A stretch of 16,393 nucleotides of DNA from Acutalibacteraceae bacterium (GCA_045643165.1 JAZUKF010000065.1:1-16393); one strand, 5' to 3'; counted from the stretch's first letter, positions 6,812 through 14,802 are shown. Notes: generated by a model not told the origin, from the letters alone. Translations and numbers: made by a program.

Positions 6812-8083
6812 ATGAATGTTCCTTCTGCCGTAAAAAAACATACGGATGAATACTATAAAAAAATATCGGAATATAACGGTAAACTTGCCGAACTGTATCG
6901 CAACTGCTATACAAGTACGATTGATACAGCATTGAAAGAAACGGATGACGGTTCGATTTTCGTATTGACCGGTGATATTCCCGCCATGTGGTTGAGAGAT
7001 TCCACCGCACAGGTTTCCCATTATATTCCCTTGGCTGATGACAAAGAAGTTGCTTCAATAATAAAAAAAGTAATCAAACGTCAACTTAAATATATCAATA
7101 TTGACGCTTATGCAAATGCCTTTAATGAAGAAGACAACGATAACGGTCATAAAACAGATATGCCGAAAAAACTACCCTGGGTTTGGGAAAGAAAATATGA
7201 AATAGATTCTCTTTGTTATCCCATGCGGTTGATTTATCTGTATGTTAATAAAACAGGAGACCGCTCGGTACTTGAAAATGATTTTATTCCGGCTGTGGAA
7301 AAAATATTAAATGTTTTTGAAACGGAACAGTATCATTTTGAAAAGTCGGATTATTCGTTTATCAGAATGAGAGAGGGAAAACTCAGAGAACTTCACCCGG
7401 ACGGCAGAGGCTATCCCGTAGAATATACCGGTATGACATGGTCCGGTTTCCGCCCCAGCGATGATGAGTGCGAGTACGGTTACTATATTCCGGGAAATAT
7501 GTTTGCAACGGTTGAACTGAAACATATTATTGAACTTCTCCCTAATGACCGTAAAGATTTAAAAGATCGCTGTGAAAAACTTCGTAAAGAAATAAGAAAC
7601 GGTATTGAAAAATACGGCATTATCGAAAATGAAAAATTCGGAAAAATCTATGCCTGTGAAGTTGACGGACTCGGAAATTACCGTGCTTTTGACGATGCAA
7701 ATGTACCTAATCTCATATCCGCACCTTACCTGGGCTACTGTGATAAAGATGATGAGATTTACAAAAACACAAGAAAATTCATTCTTTCAAAGGAAAATGA
7801 TTATTATTATTGCGGAAAATTTGCAAAGGGTGTAGGAAGTCCTCATACACCGGAAAATTACATCTGGCATATTGCACTTTCCATGCAGGGCTTAACCTCC
7901 GCCAGCAAGGATGAAAAGCGTGAACTTCTTGAAATGTTTATAAATACCGATGCCGGAACAGGTCATATGCACGAGGGATTTTTTGCTGATAATCCGAATG
8001 AATTTACAAGAAAATGGTTTACCTGGTCAGATTCTCTTTTTGCGGAATTTGTTGAAAAATGCGTAAATGACGGAACAATATAA
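6812..8083 (+). CDS. Glycoside hydrolase family 125 (DUF1237) metal-independent exo-alpha-1,6-mannosidase-like protein. No signal peptide.
   Basis: GAGGAG RBS. 423 aa. The GDIPAMWLRDS motif and overall length match the GH125 (alpha/alpha)6-barrel family represented by the Clostridium perfringens and Streptococcus pneumoniae enzymes. Confidence 0.7.
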   Translation: MNVPSAVKKHTDEYYKKISEYNGKLAELYRNCYTSTIDTALKETDDGSIFVLTGDIPAMWLRDSTAQVSHYIPLADDKEVASIIKKVIKRQLKYINIDAYANAFNEEDNDNGHKTDMPKKLPWVWERKYEIDSLCYPMRLIYLYVNKTGDRSVLENDFIPAVEKILNVFETEQYHFEKSDYSFIRMREGKLRELHPDGRGYPVEYTGMTWSGFRPSDDECEYGYYIPGNMFATVELKHIIELLPNDRKDLKDRCEKLRKEIRNGIEKYGIIENEKFGKIYACEVDGLGNYRAFDDANVPNLISAPYLGYCDKDDEIYKNTRKFILSKENDYYYCGKFAKGVGSPHTPENYIWHIALSMQGLTSASKDEKRELLEMFINTDAGTGHMHEGFFADNPNEFTRKWFTWSDSLFAEFVEKCVNDGTI

Positions 8084-8101
8084 TTAAAGAGGAACAATAA
8101 A

Positions 8102-9073
8102 ATGCCTAAAATAAGTGTGATCATCCCCGTTTATAACGGAGAAGATTTTGTGGAAAGATGTTTGAACAGCGTTTTAAAACAAACCTTTTCCGATTATGAA
8201 ATTATAATCGTAAATGACGGAAGTACCGATAACTCCAAAAAAATATGTGAAGAATTTGCATACGAAAACAGTAATATCAGAGTTTTCAATAAAGAAAAGA
8301 ATTGCGGTCATGCCCCTGCAAGAAATACAGGAATTGATTTAGCTTTTGAAAGCGACAGCGAATGGATAACCTTCATTGACTGCGATGACTGGATTGACGA
8401 GCATTTTCTTGAATACCTTTATAATGCCGCAACTGAGAAAAATGTTGATATCAGCCTTTGCGATTTTATAAGGTCTGTTTCAGAAAATGATGTTGATACC
8501 GATATCAGATATGAACCGGTTTTATATTCTCCGGAGGATTTTTGGTGTGAAAACAGGATAACCGCAACAATTCCCTGTGCAAAACTTTTCAAAAAAACAA
8601 TATTCAATTCCGTTCGCTGGCCGAACAGAGTACATGATGATGAATTTCTCACATATAAACTCCTGTTTCAATATAACCAAATCGCAGTATTAAAATCAAA
8701 AATGTATTGCTATTACTATAACGAAAACAGCGTTATGGTTTCCACCTGTTCTCCGAAAAGAATTGACAGTATTTATGCCGTAAAAGAAAGACGTGAATAT
8801 TTCAGAGAAAACAATTTCAAAAAGGCGGCGGAACTTGACGATAAACTTTATCTGCCCGCTTTATATGACTTTGCATTATTCCTTTCAAAAATGAAAAAAG
8901 ACTATAAAAAGCAATACAGATTTCTGTTAAAAGAGTTGAGAAGAGAACTTAGACAAAACGGGGAAAAATACGGATTTACCAAAGAAAAAAATGAATATTT
9001 GTATATTTTCGCTTTCCCCGGTTACAAGGTTAAATATATAATCAAAAAAGGTCTTAATAAAATCTTCAAATAA
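8102..9073 (+). CDS. Family 2 glycosyltransferase (GT-A fold).
   Basis: N-terminal ISVIIPVYNGEDFVERCLNSVLKQTF...IIIVNDGSTDNS and a DxD-like motif (FIDCDDW) are typical of GT2. 323 aa. Confidence 0.85.
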   Translation: MPKISVIIPVYNGEDFVERCLNSVLKQTFSDYEIIIVNDGSTDNSKKICEEFAYENSNIRVFNKEKNCGHAPARNTGIDLAFESDSEWITFIDCDDWIDEHFLEYLYNAATEKNVDISLCDFIRSVSENDVDTDIRYEPVLYSPEDFWCENRITATIPCAKLFKKTIFNSVRWPNRVHDDEFLTYKLLFQYNQIAVLKSKMYCYYYNENSVMVSTCSPKRIDSIYAVKERREYFRENNFKKAAELDDKLYLPALYDFALFLSKMKKDYKKQYRFLLKELRRELRQNGEKYGFTKEKNEYLYIFAFPGYKVKYIIKKGLNKIFK

Positions 9074-9079
9074 CTTTTT

Positions 9080-9119
9080 CGGCAAAAACTCACGAAAAGT
9101 TTTTGCCGTTCTGTTTTAT
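9080..9119 (+). terminator. Rho-independent terminator.
   Basis: Perfect 11-bp stem CGGCAAAAACT / AGTTTTTGCCG with the 7-nt loop cacgaaa, followed by TTCTGTTTT. Confidence 0.7.
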
Positions 9120-9239
9120 AAAAAGAAAATTATGAACAAAAATTACAATAGATTTTATTTATGTTAAAAAAAAATACATACAAATTCGGAAAAATAAGGT
9201 ATAATATATATATCAATGAATTTCAAAGGAGAGATCAAT

Positions 9240-9926
9240 ATGGCAAGTGAGAAAATTCTTATTGTAGACGATGACTTAAACATCTGTGATCTTCTTAAAC
9301 TTTATCTTGAAAAAGAAGGTTTCACAACCGTTATCGCAAACGACGGTCCGAAAGCGATTTCCGCTTTTCAGAACGAACAGCCTGCTTTGACACTTCTGGA
9401 TATAATGCTTCCCGGTATTGACGGCTGGCAGGTTTGCAGAGAAATAAGAAAAATTTCAAATAAACCGATTATAATGCTCACCGCAAAGGGCGAAACCTTT
9501 GATAAAGTTTTAGGACTTGAATTAGGTGCAGACGATTATATCGTCAAGCCTTTCGATGCAAAAGAAGTTGTGGCAAGAATAAAAGCCGTGTTAAGAAGAA
9601 CATCTGCGGCAGCGACAGAACTTATTAAAGAAGTTCAATTCGATAAACTTTCCATAAACCTTACGAACTATGAACTTAAAGTAAACGGTGTTCAGGTTGA
9701 TACTCCGCCGAAAGAGATGGAACTTATCTTCCATCTTGCAAGCAATCCCAACAGAGTTTATACAAGAGATCAGTTGCTCGATGAAGTTTGGGGATTTGAC
9801 TATTACGGAGATTCCAGAACGGTTGATGTTCACGTTAAACGTCTGAGAGAAAAACTTGACGGAGTAAGTGATAAATGGGAACTTAAAACCGTTTGGGGTG
9901 TCGGCTACAAATTTGAAACAAAGTAA
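9240..9926 (+). CDS. OmpR/PhoB-family two-component response regulator (REC plus winged-helix DNA-binding domain).
   Basis: ILIVDDD...LLDIMLPGIDGW receiver motifs with phospho-acceptor Asp. C-terminal trans_reg_C (RVYTRDQLLDEVWG...VDVHVKRLREKL). ATG at 9240 is preferred (AAGGAGAG RBS 8 nt upstream) over 9216. Confidence 0.9.
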   Translation: MASEKILIVDDDLNICDLLKLYLEKEGFTTVIANDGPKAISAFQNEQPALTLLDIMLPGIDGWQVCREIRKISNKPIIMLTAKGETFDKVLGLELGADDYIVKPFDAKEVVARIKAVLRRTSAAATELIKEVQFDKLSINLTNYELKVNGVQVDTPPKEMELIFHLASNPNRVYTRDQLLDEVWGFDYYGDSRTVDVHVKRLREKLDGVSDKWELKTVWGVGYKFETK

Positions 9927-9947
9927 TTTTCAGAGGAAGGTTATATT

Positions 9948-11438
9948 ATGTCCGGAAGAAAAAGAATAAAAAGGTCTTCCACTTTCCGAAGATATTTCAT
10001 CAGTATTTTCAGTGCAATTCTTGTTTCGTTCATAATATTAGGCATTTCCATGCTGGCTTTTGTTGCAGGATATTGGCAGCGTGAAACCGTGGAACGTATT
10101 CAATCAAATGTTCAGCATCTTTCACATCTTTCTTCACAGTATTTTGAACTTGAAATTGATGATAAATATCAAAATAATCCTACAATTATGTTGGCGTATT
10201 CTCTTTCCCTTGTTTCTCAATCATTGGGAAGCGGTGCGGATATTTATATCTGCAATCTTAACGGAGATATTATTCTTTGCCGTGATACGCTGAATGTTAT
10301 TTCATCGGGTAATCCTAATCAAATATGTACCGAACATGCCGGTATGAAGGTTCCGTCTTCCGTTATTGAAAATGCGAAAAAGGGTAATTATAAATATGTG
10401 GGAAAAACCGATAAACTTAACAACAGTTTAAATCTTCTTGTGGGTGAGCCGGTAAAGGTCGGCGGTAAAACCATTGCTTTGATTATCTGCACGGAACCTG
10501 TTGAAGAAAATTTAAGTCCCTTTGTAGGTTCAATACTTAAACTGTTTTTGCTGTCCGCATTAGTGGCATTTGTTGTTTCCTTTATAGCGGTGTATATCGT
10601 TACCTATACGATTACAAATCCTTTAAGAAAAATGTCGCAGATTACAAAAAGTTATGCCCGAGGTGATTTCAACGAGCGAATTACCGTTAAAGGTCATAAC
10701 GAACTGACGGAACTTGCGGATGCGTTCAACTCAATGGCACAGTCTCTTTCCGCACTTGAATATTCAAGAAGAAGTTTTGTTGCCAACGTATCCCATGAAT
10801 TAAAAACACCCATGACTTCAATCGGCGGATTTATTGACGGAATACTTGACGGAACTATTCCGCCGGAAAAGGAAGAACATTATCTGAAATTAGTTTCCGG
10901 AGAGGTCAAACGCCTTTCAAGGCTTGTTTCATCCATGCTTAATTTATCGAAAATCGAAGCAGGTGAACTGTCATTAAACCCGAAGGAAATAGACCTTTCG
11001 GAATTGATTTTCAAAACAATGCTATCCTTTGAACAGCAGATAAATAATAAATCCATTGATATTACGGGACTTGATACCATGGATAATAATATAGTCAACG
11101 CTGACGAAGGATTGATTCATCAAGTGGTATATAATCTTATTGATAACGCCGTTAAGTTTACTCCCGAAGGGGGCTACATCAACGTAAGCGTTACGAGAAC
11201 CGATGTAAATACTACCGTTGCCATAAAAAACAGCGGTCAGGGTATTGCACCGGATGAAATCAGAAGAATTTTTGAAAGATTTTATAAGGTGGATAAATCA
11301 CGCAGTCTTGATACAAAAAGTACGGGACTGGGCTTATATATCGTTAAAAGCATTGTTGAAATGCACGGCGGAAGCGTTGAAGCAAACAGTGAAGTCGGTG
11401 AATATACGGAATTTAAATTCACTATTCCTAATTTATAA
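9948..11438 (+). CDS. Sensor histidine kinase with two TM segments flanking an extracytoplasmic sensor domain of about 150 aa, plus HAMP, HisKA and HATPase_c domains (CssS-like architecture).
   Basis: GAGGAAGG RBS. H-box SHELKTPMTSIGGFID. N, G1 and G2 boxes (DNAVKF, GQGI, GLGLYIV). TM1 FISIFSAILVSFIILGISMLAFV and TM2 LFLLSALVAFVVSFIAVYIV. Confidence 0.9.
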   Translation: MSGRKRIKRSSTFRRYFISIFSAILVSFIILGISMLAFVAGYWQRETVERIQSNVQHLSHLSSQYFELEIDDKYQNNPTIMLAYSLSLVSQSLGSGADIYICNLNGDIILCRDTLNVISSGNPNQICTEHAGMKVPSSVIENAKKGNYKYVGKTDKLNNSLNLLVGEPVKVGGKTIALIICTEPVEENLSPFVGSILKLFLLSALVAFVVSFIAVYIVTYTITNPLRKMSQITKSYARGDFNERITVKGHNELTELADAFNSMAQSLSALEYSRRSFVANVSHELKTPMTSIGGFIDGILDGTIPPEKEEHYLKLVSGEVKRLSRLVSSMLNLSKIEAGELSLNPKEIDLSELIFKTMLSFEQQINNKSIDITGLDTMDNNIVNADEGLIHQVVYNLIDNAVKFTPEGGYINVSVTRTDVNTTVAIKNSGQGIAPDEIRRIFERFYKVDKSRSLDTKSTGLGLYIVKSIVEMHGGSVEANSEVGEYTEFKFTIPNL

Positions 11439-11522
11439 AATGTTAAAAACTTTAATATAATTTCTTTAAATAAATATTTTATTATTATTTCAATCATTAC
11501 GATGTGAAAGGAAATGATATAT

Positions 11523-13067
11523 ATGGATGAGTTCAACAACAACCCCTTCAATAACAACCAAAACGATGAAGAGGAAAAAACAAACTCGGATAACGAAAAT
11601 TATCAGGAAAGAAATGAGGAGCCCCGACAAAATCCCGAAAATAATTACGGAAATTCATACGGAAACTCCTATGGAAATTATAACTCACAAAGTTACACTC
11701 CTCCCAACTCAAACCAATATCAAAATAATAATAACGGTAATAATCCCAACAACGGAAATATTTTTCAAAACGGCACATACCGTTACGGAAACACATTTTA
11801 CACTCAGCCTCAACCTGTTAAGAAAAAGAAAAACAAAGGCTTAATTGCATTGATAATCGCCGTCAGTGTTGTTGTGATTTTCTCGGTTGCATTTGCTTTC
11901 GGCTCGTTTCTCTCAGGCAAAAACGTATCCGGCACCGTAGAGGAGCAAAGTCCGGCAGGCGACAATGATACTGTTTTTGAAGCACAAAGCACTCCCAAGG
12001 CATCATCAAACGGCAAGGCACTTTCTTCAACCGATATAGCCAAAGTTGCCAGAGCATCCTCTGTGGGAATTCTTGTTTATTCCGAAAACACCGGATATTA
12101 TCCCGGCTCATCCTCAACGGCAGGTGAAGGAACAGGTATTATCGCAACACGTTCCAAGGATAACAAATATACCTATGTTCTCACCTGTGCCCACGTTATT
12201 TCCTCAAGCGGAATAAAAGTTAAAATTCTTCTTGAAGACGGAACCACATACGATGCGGATATTGTGGGCTATGACGTTCAAACCGATGTGGGAGTTTTGA
12301 GAGTTAAAACAACAAAACTTACCTGTGCAACATTCGGAGAATCCGATGCACTTGAAGTAGGTGAAGAAGTTTATGCCGTAGGAAATCCCGGCGGTTCTGA
12401 ATTTTTCGGTTCCGTAACAAAGGGAATTATTTCCGCAATCGGACGTTCAATCAACAACGATATCGGCTATACCATGGAATGTATTCAGCATGATGCCGCC
12501 ATCAATCCGGGTAACTCCGGCGGTGCATTGCTTAACAATTTAGGACAGGTAATCGGCATTAACTCGTCAAAAATCGCCAGCACAGAATACGAAGGTATGT
12601 CATTCTCCGTTCCGATTAAAACGGCTCTTGAAATCGCTCAAAGTCTTATTAAAACCGGTTATGTTCCCAACAGACCGAAACTCGGTATCTCTTACAGTCT
12701 TGCAACCACCAACGGCACATACGCTATGATAGTTCAAATCAAAGGTCTCCCCTCAGGTTCGCTTATTATCAGAAACATTTCAAGCGACAGCGACCTCAAA
12801 AACAAGGGTGTCCAGGTGGGTGATATTATCACGGCGGTAAACGGCAAAAAACTTGATAAAGCAGATACTCTTCTTGACGTAATCGACAACAGTAAAGTCG
12901 GCACAAAAATCAAATTAAGCATTTGCAGAGTAAACACCGACTACACGCTGAAAGAATTTGACGTAACGGTAAAACTTGTTGAGGATAAAGGCTCAACGGC
13001 GGAAGAAGAAACAACCACCGCCATGAATCCCTTTGATTACTTTGAACAGTACGGTTTCGGTAATTAA
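11523..13067 (+). CDS. htrA: Membrane-anchored HtrA/DegP-family trypsin-like serine protease with a C-terminal PDZ domain and an N/Q/Y-rich low-complexity N-terminal extension.
   Basis: Catalytic triad contexts LTCAHV (His), DVGVLRV (Asp) and GNSGGALLN (Ser). PDZ region GDIITAVNGKKL. Single TM (LIALIIAVSVVVIFSVAFAFG) after about 100 low-complexity residues. ATG at 11523 is preferred (AAAGGAAA RBS 10 nt upstream); an alternative ATG lies at 11514. Confidence 0.85.
   Translation: MDEFNNNPFNNNQNDEEEKTNSDNENYQERNEEPRQNPENNYGNSYGNSYGNYNSQSYTPPNSNQYQNNNNGNNPNNGNIFQNGTYRYGNTFYTQPQPVKKKKNKGLIALIIAVSVVVIFSVAFAFGSFLSGKNVSGTVEEQSPAGDNDTVFEAQSTPKASSNGKALSSTDIAKVARASSVGILVYSENTGYYPGSSSTAGEGTGIIATRSKDNKYTYVLTCAHVISSSGIKVKILLEDGTTYDADIVGYDVQTDVGVLRVKTTKLTCATFGESDALEVGEEVYAVGNPGGSEFFGSVTKGIISAIGRSINNDIGYTMECIQHDAAINPGNSGGALLNNLGQVIGINSSKIASTEYEGMSFSVPIKTALEIAQSLIKTGYVPNRPKLGISYSLATTNGTYAMIVQIKGLPSGSLIIRNISSDSDLKNKGVQVGDIITAVNGKKLDKADTLLDVIDNSKVGTKIKLSICRVNTDYTLKEFDVTVKLVEDKGSTAEEETTTAMNPFDYFEQYGFGN
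11646..11681 (+). repeat. Three tandem 12-nt codon-level repeats encoding (Y-G-N-S/Y)x3 inside the htrA 5' region.
   Basis: TACGGAAATTCA / TACGGAAACTCC / TATGGAAATTAT read directly from the sequence. Embedded in a longer N/Q/Y/G-rich low-complexity coding stretch (11523 to about 11830). Confidence 0.5.
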
Positions 13068-13075
13068 CAACAAAA

Positions 13076-13112
13076 ATCTGTTCGGAGATTTTTCTCTGAA
13101 CAGATTTTTTAT
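13076..13112 (+). terminator. Rho-independent terminator after htrA.
   Basis: 13-bp stem AUCUGUUCGGAGA / UCUCUGAACAGAU (one G-U wobble) with the loop uuuuu, followed by TTTTTT. Confidence 0.7.
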
Positions 13113-13120
13113 ATATAATA

Positions 13121-13148
13121 TTGTAAAGATCTGAAAAAAATGTATAAT
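13121..13148 (+). promoter_or_regulatory. Sigma-A type promoter: TTGTAA, 16-nt spacer, TGTATAAT (extended -10).
   Basis: -35 TTGTAA at 13121-13126. TGtATAAT at 13141-13148. About 30 nt upstream of the rpe-family gene start. Confidence 0.5.
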
Positions 13149-13177
13149 ATATTTGTATATTATTTCGAGGTGATATT

Positions 13178-13864
13178 TTGAAAGCAAAAATTTCTCCTTC
13201 CATGATGTGTGCGGATATTTGCAGAATAAAAGAAACGGTTGAAGAATTTGAAAAAAACAATATTGAATATCTGCATATTGACATTATGGACGGACATTTT
13301 GTTAAAAACTTTACATTAGGTACAGACTACTGCAAAGCCTTAAAAGAAATAACGTCAATTCCCCTTGATATTCATCTTATGATTGAAAAACCCGAAGAAA
13401 AACTTGATTGGTTTCCCTTCGGAAAGTCAGATATTGTTTCCGTCCATGCGGAAAGCACTCCGAATATTCAAAAATCATTGCAAATAATCCGTTCACGTGA
13501 AGCAAAGGCGTTTATCGCAATAAACCCGGAAACGGATATTGACATGATTAAAAATATGATTGACGATATTGACGGAGTTCTGGTTATGACCGTTAATCCC
13601 GGATTTGCGGGACAAAAAATGATATCGTCCACCCTTGACAAAATCAAAAAAGTAAGAGAATATCTTGATATATCCGGTCGTAATAATATCTCCGTAGAAG
13701 TTGACGGAAACGTAAGTTTTGAAAATTGCGTTAAAATGAAAGAAGCAGGTGCCGATATTTTTGTCGCCGGCACATCAAGTGTTTTCACGAAGGATTTATC
13801 GCTTTCGGAAAGCATTGCAAAAATGCAAAATCTTCTTGAAAGGAAAAGTACGTTGTACCGGTAA
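13178..13864 (+). CDS. Ribulose-phosphate 3-epimerase family protein (Rpe / D-allulose-6-phosphate 3-epimerase-like). TTG start codon.
   Basis: N-terminal ISPSMMCADI...YLHIDIMDGHFVKNFT and the M-x-x-NPGFAGQ region match the RPE (beta/alpha)8-barrel family signatures. GAGGTGA RBS 5 nt upstream of TTG at 13178. The first in-frame ATG (13199) would delete the conserved N-terminal strand. Confidence 0.75.
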   Translation: MKAKISPSMMCADICRIKETVEEFEKNNIEYLHIDIMDGHFVKNFTLGTDYCKALKEITSIPLDIHLMIEKPEEKLDWFPFGKSDIVSVHAESTPNIQKSLQIIRSREAKAFIAINPETDIDMIKNMIDDIDGVLVMTVNPGFAGQKMISSTLDKIKKVREYLDISGRNNISVEVDGNVSFENCVKMKEAGADIFVAGTSSVFTKDLSLSESIAKMQNLLERKSTLYR

Positions 13865-13869
13865 TTGCT

Positions 13870-14760
13870 ATGAAAATTCTTGTTTTCGGTTCACTTAACA
13901 TTGATAAGGTTTATTCCCTTTCTCACCTTCCGGAAAAGGGTGAAACGCTGTATTGCAACAATTATGAGATCCACGTAGGCGGAAAAGGTTTAAATCAAGC
14001 CGTTGCCCTGTCAAAATCAGGTTCGGATGTTTTTATGGCGGGAGCAGTGGGCAAGGACGGTCAATTCCTCATTGACTGCCTGAACCGTGCCAATGTCAAC
14101 ACCGGGAAAATAATGCATACCGACGGCTATACAGGTCATGCGGTTATTGAGGTTGACACAGAGGGGCAAAATCAGATGATACTTTTTTCAGGTGCCAACG
14201 GAGAAATAACCGAAAAATATTGTGATGAAGTTTTGTCAAACTTTGAAAAAGGCGACCTTATTCTGATGCAATATGAAACAAGTTGTGTGGAATATATGAT
14301 TGAGAAAGCCCGTGAAAAAGGCTTGACAGTTGCATTAAACCCGTCTCCGTTTTCGGATAAAATAAAAAATCTTCCCTTTGAATTGATTGATTATCTTATT
14401 TTAAACGAAACGGAAGCACAAGGTATTGCCGAAGAAACAAATATTGATTACGCACTTGATAAACTGAAAACTATGGTAAAAAACGGTGCGATAGTTTTAA
14501 CTTTAGGTTCAGACGGAGCAATTTATTCCGATAAAAATACTACGGAAAAAGTCCGGGCATTTAAAGTTAATGCCGTTGATACCACCGGTGCGGGAGACAC
14601 TTATACAGGATATTTCCTGACTTCGGTTTTAAGCGGTAAGGATATTAAAACATCTATGCTGACCGCAGCGGCGGCATCGGCAATAGTCGTAACCAAAACG
14701 GGAGCGGCGGAAACAATACCGTTACCGGAAGAAGTAAATAATTTTTTAAAACAGAAATAA
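13870..14760 (+). CDS. rbsK: Ribokinase (PfkB-family carbohydrate kinase).
   Basis: N-terminal ILVFGSLNIDKVY, substrate-binding GGKGLNQAVA, and C-terminal DTTGAGDTYTGYF anion-hole/catalytic motif typical of ribokinase. Only 5 nt after the rpe-family stop, so probably translationally coupled. Confidence 0.8.
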   Translation: MKILVFGSLNIDKVYSLSHLPEKGETLYCNNYEIHVGGKGLNQAVALSKSGSDVFMAGAVGKDGQFLIDCLNRANVNTGKIMHTDGYTGHAVIEVDTEGQNQMILFSGANGEITEKYCDEVLSNFEKGDLILMQYETSCVEYMIEKAREKGLTVALNPSPFSDKIKNLPFELIDYLILNETEAQGIAEETNIDYALDKLKTMVKNGAIVLTLGSDGAIYSDKNTTEKVRAFKVNAVDTTGAGDTYTGYFLTSVLSGKDIKTSMLTAAAASAIVVTKTGAAETIPLPEEVNNFLKQK

Positions 14761-14768
14761 ATTTATCG

Positions 14769-14802
14769 GTCAACGAAGTAATTTTTCGTTGACTATTTTT
14801 TT
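14769..14802 (+). terminator. Rho-independent terminator after rbsK.
   Basis: 9-bp stem GTCAACGAA / TTCGTTGAC with the 7-nt loop gtaattt, followed by TATTTTTTT. Confidence 0.65.

Noticed and set aside
6386-7058. Minus-strand ORFs 6386..6670, 6672..7058 and 6788..7021 spanning the TPM / GH125 junction.
   Set aside because: They are antisense to two supported genes and their RBS-containing junction. No features of their own. The + strand genes account for the region.
7307-7835. ORFs 7307..7525 (-) and 7605..7835 (+) inside the GH125 gene. ORF 8419..8652 (-) inside the GT2 gene.
   Set aside because: They are embedded in supported CDSs in other frames. Spurious.
9132-9167. Tiny ORF ATG AAC AAA AAT TAC AAT AGA TTT TAT TTA TGT TAA (11 aa) between the GT2 terminator and the response-regulator gene. 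Possible leader peptide.
   Set aside because: It has no convincing RBS, and the region is otherwise just AT-rich promoter DNA. There is no attenuator-like alternative hairpin downstream. Too weak to call.
9175-9205. Candidate promoter for the two-component operon (TATAAT at 9200-9205).
   Set aside because: The best -35 at 17-nt spacing is only TACATA/ATACAA (3/6 match), and TATAAT occurs frequently by chance in this AT-rich DNA. A promoter is surely present here, but I cannot place it confidently.
9591-11557. ORFs 9591..9833 (-), 10060..10293 (+), 10880..11098 (-), 11245..11460 (+) and 11282..11557 (-).
   Set aside because: They are out-of-frame or antisense overlaps of the response regulator and histidine kinase genes. 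No support.
11527-12117. Plus-strand ORF 11527..11844 (105 aa, T/K/I-rich) and minus-strand ORFs 11548..11796, 11810..12043 and 11863..12117 within the htrA 5' region.
   Set aside because: They are alternative-frame readings of a low-complexity repeat region. The htrA frame is continuous with the protease domain and has the RBS.
12734-13284. Minus-strand ORFs 12734..12937, 12910..13284 and 12993..13187 overlapping the htrA 3' end, its terminator and the rpe promoter.
   Set aside because: They are antisense to a supported CDS and span a terminator hairpin and promoter. No RBS or homology features.
13468-13815. Minus-strand ORF 13468..13815 (115 aa) inside the rpe-family gene.
   Set aside because: It is antisense to a well-supported (beta/alpha)8-barrel enzyme gene. 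Spurious.
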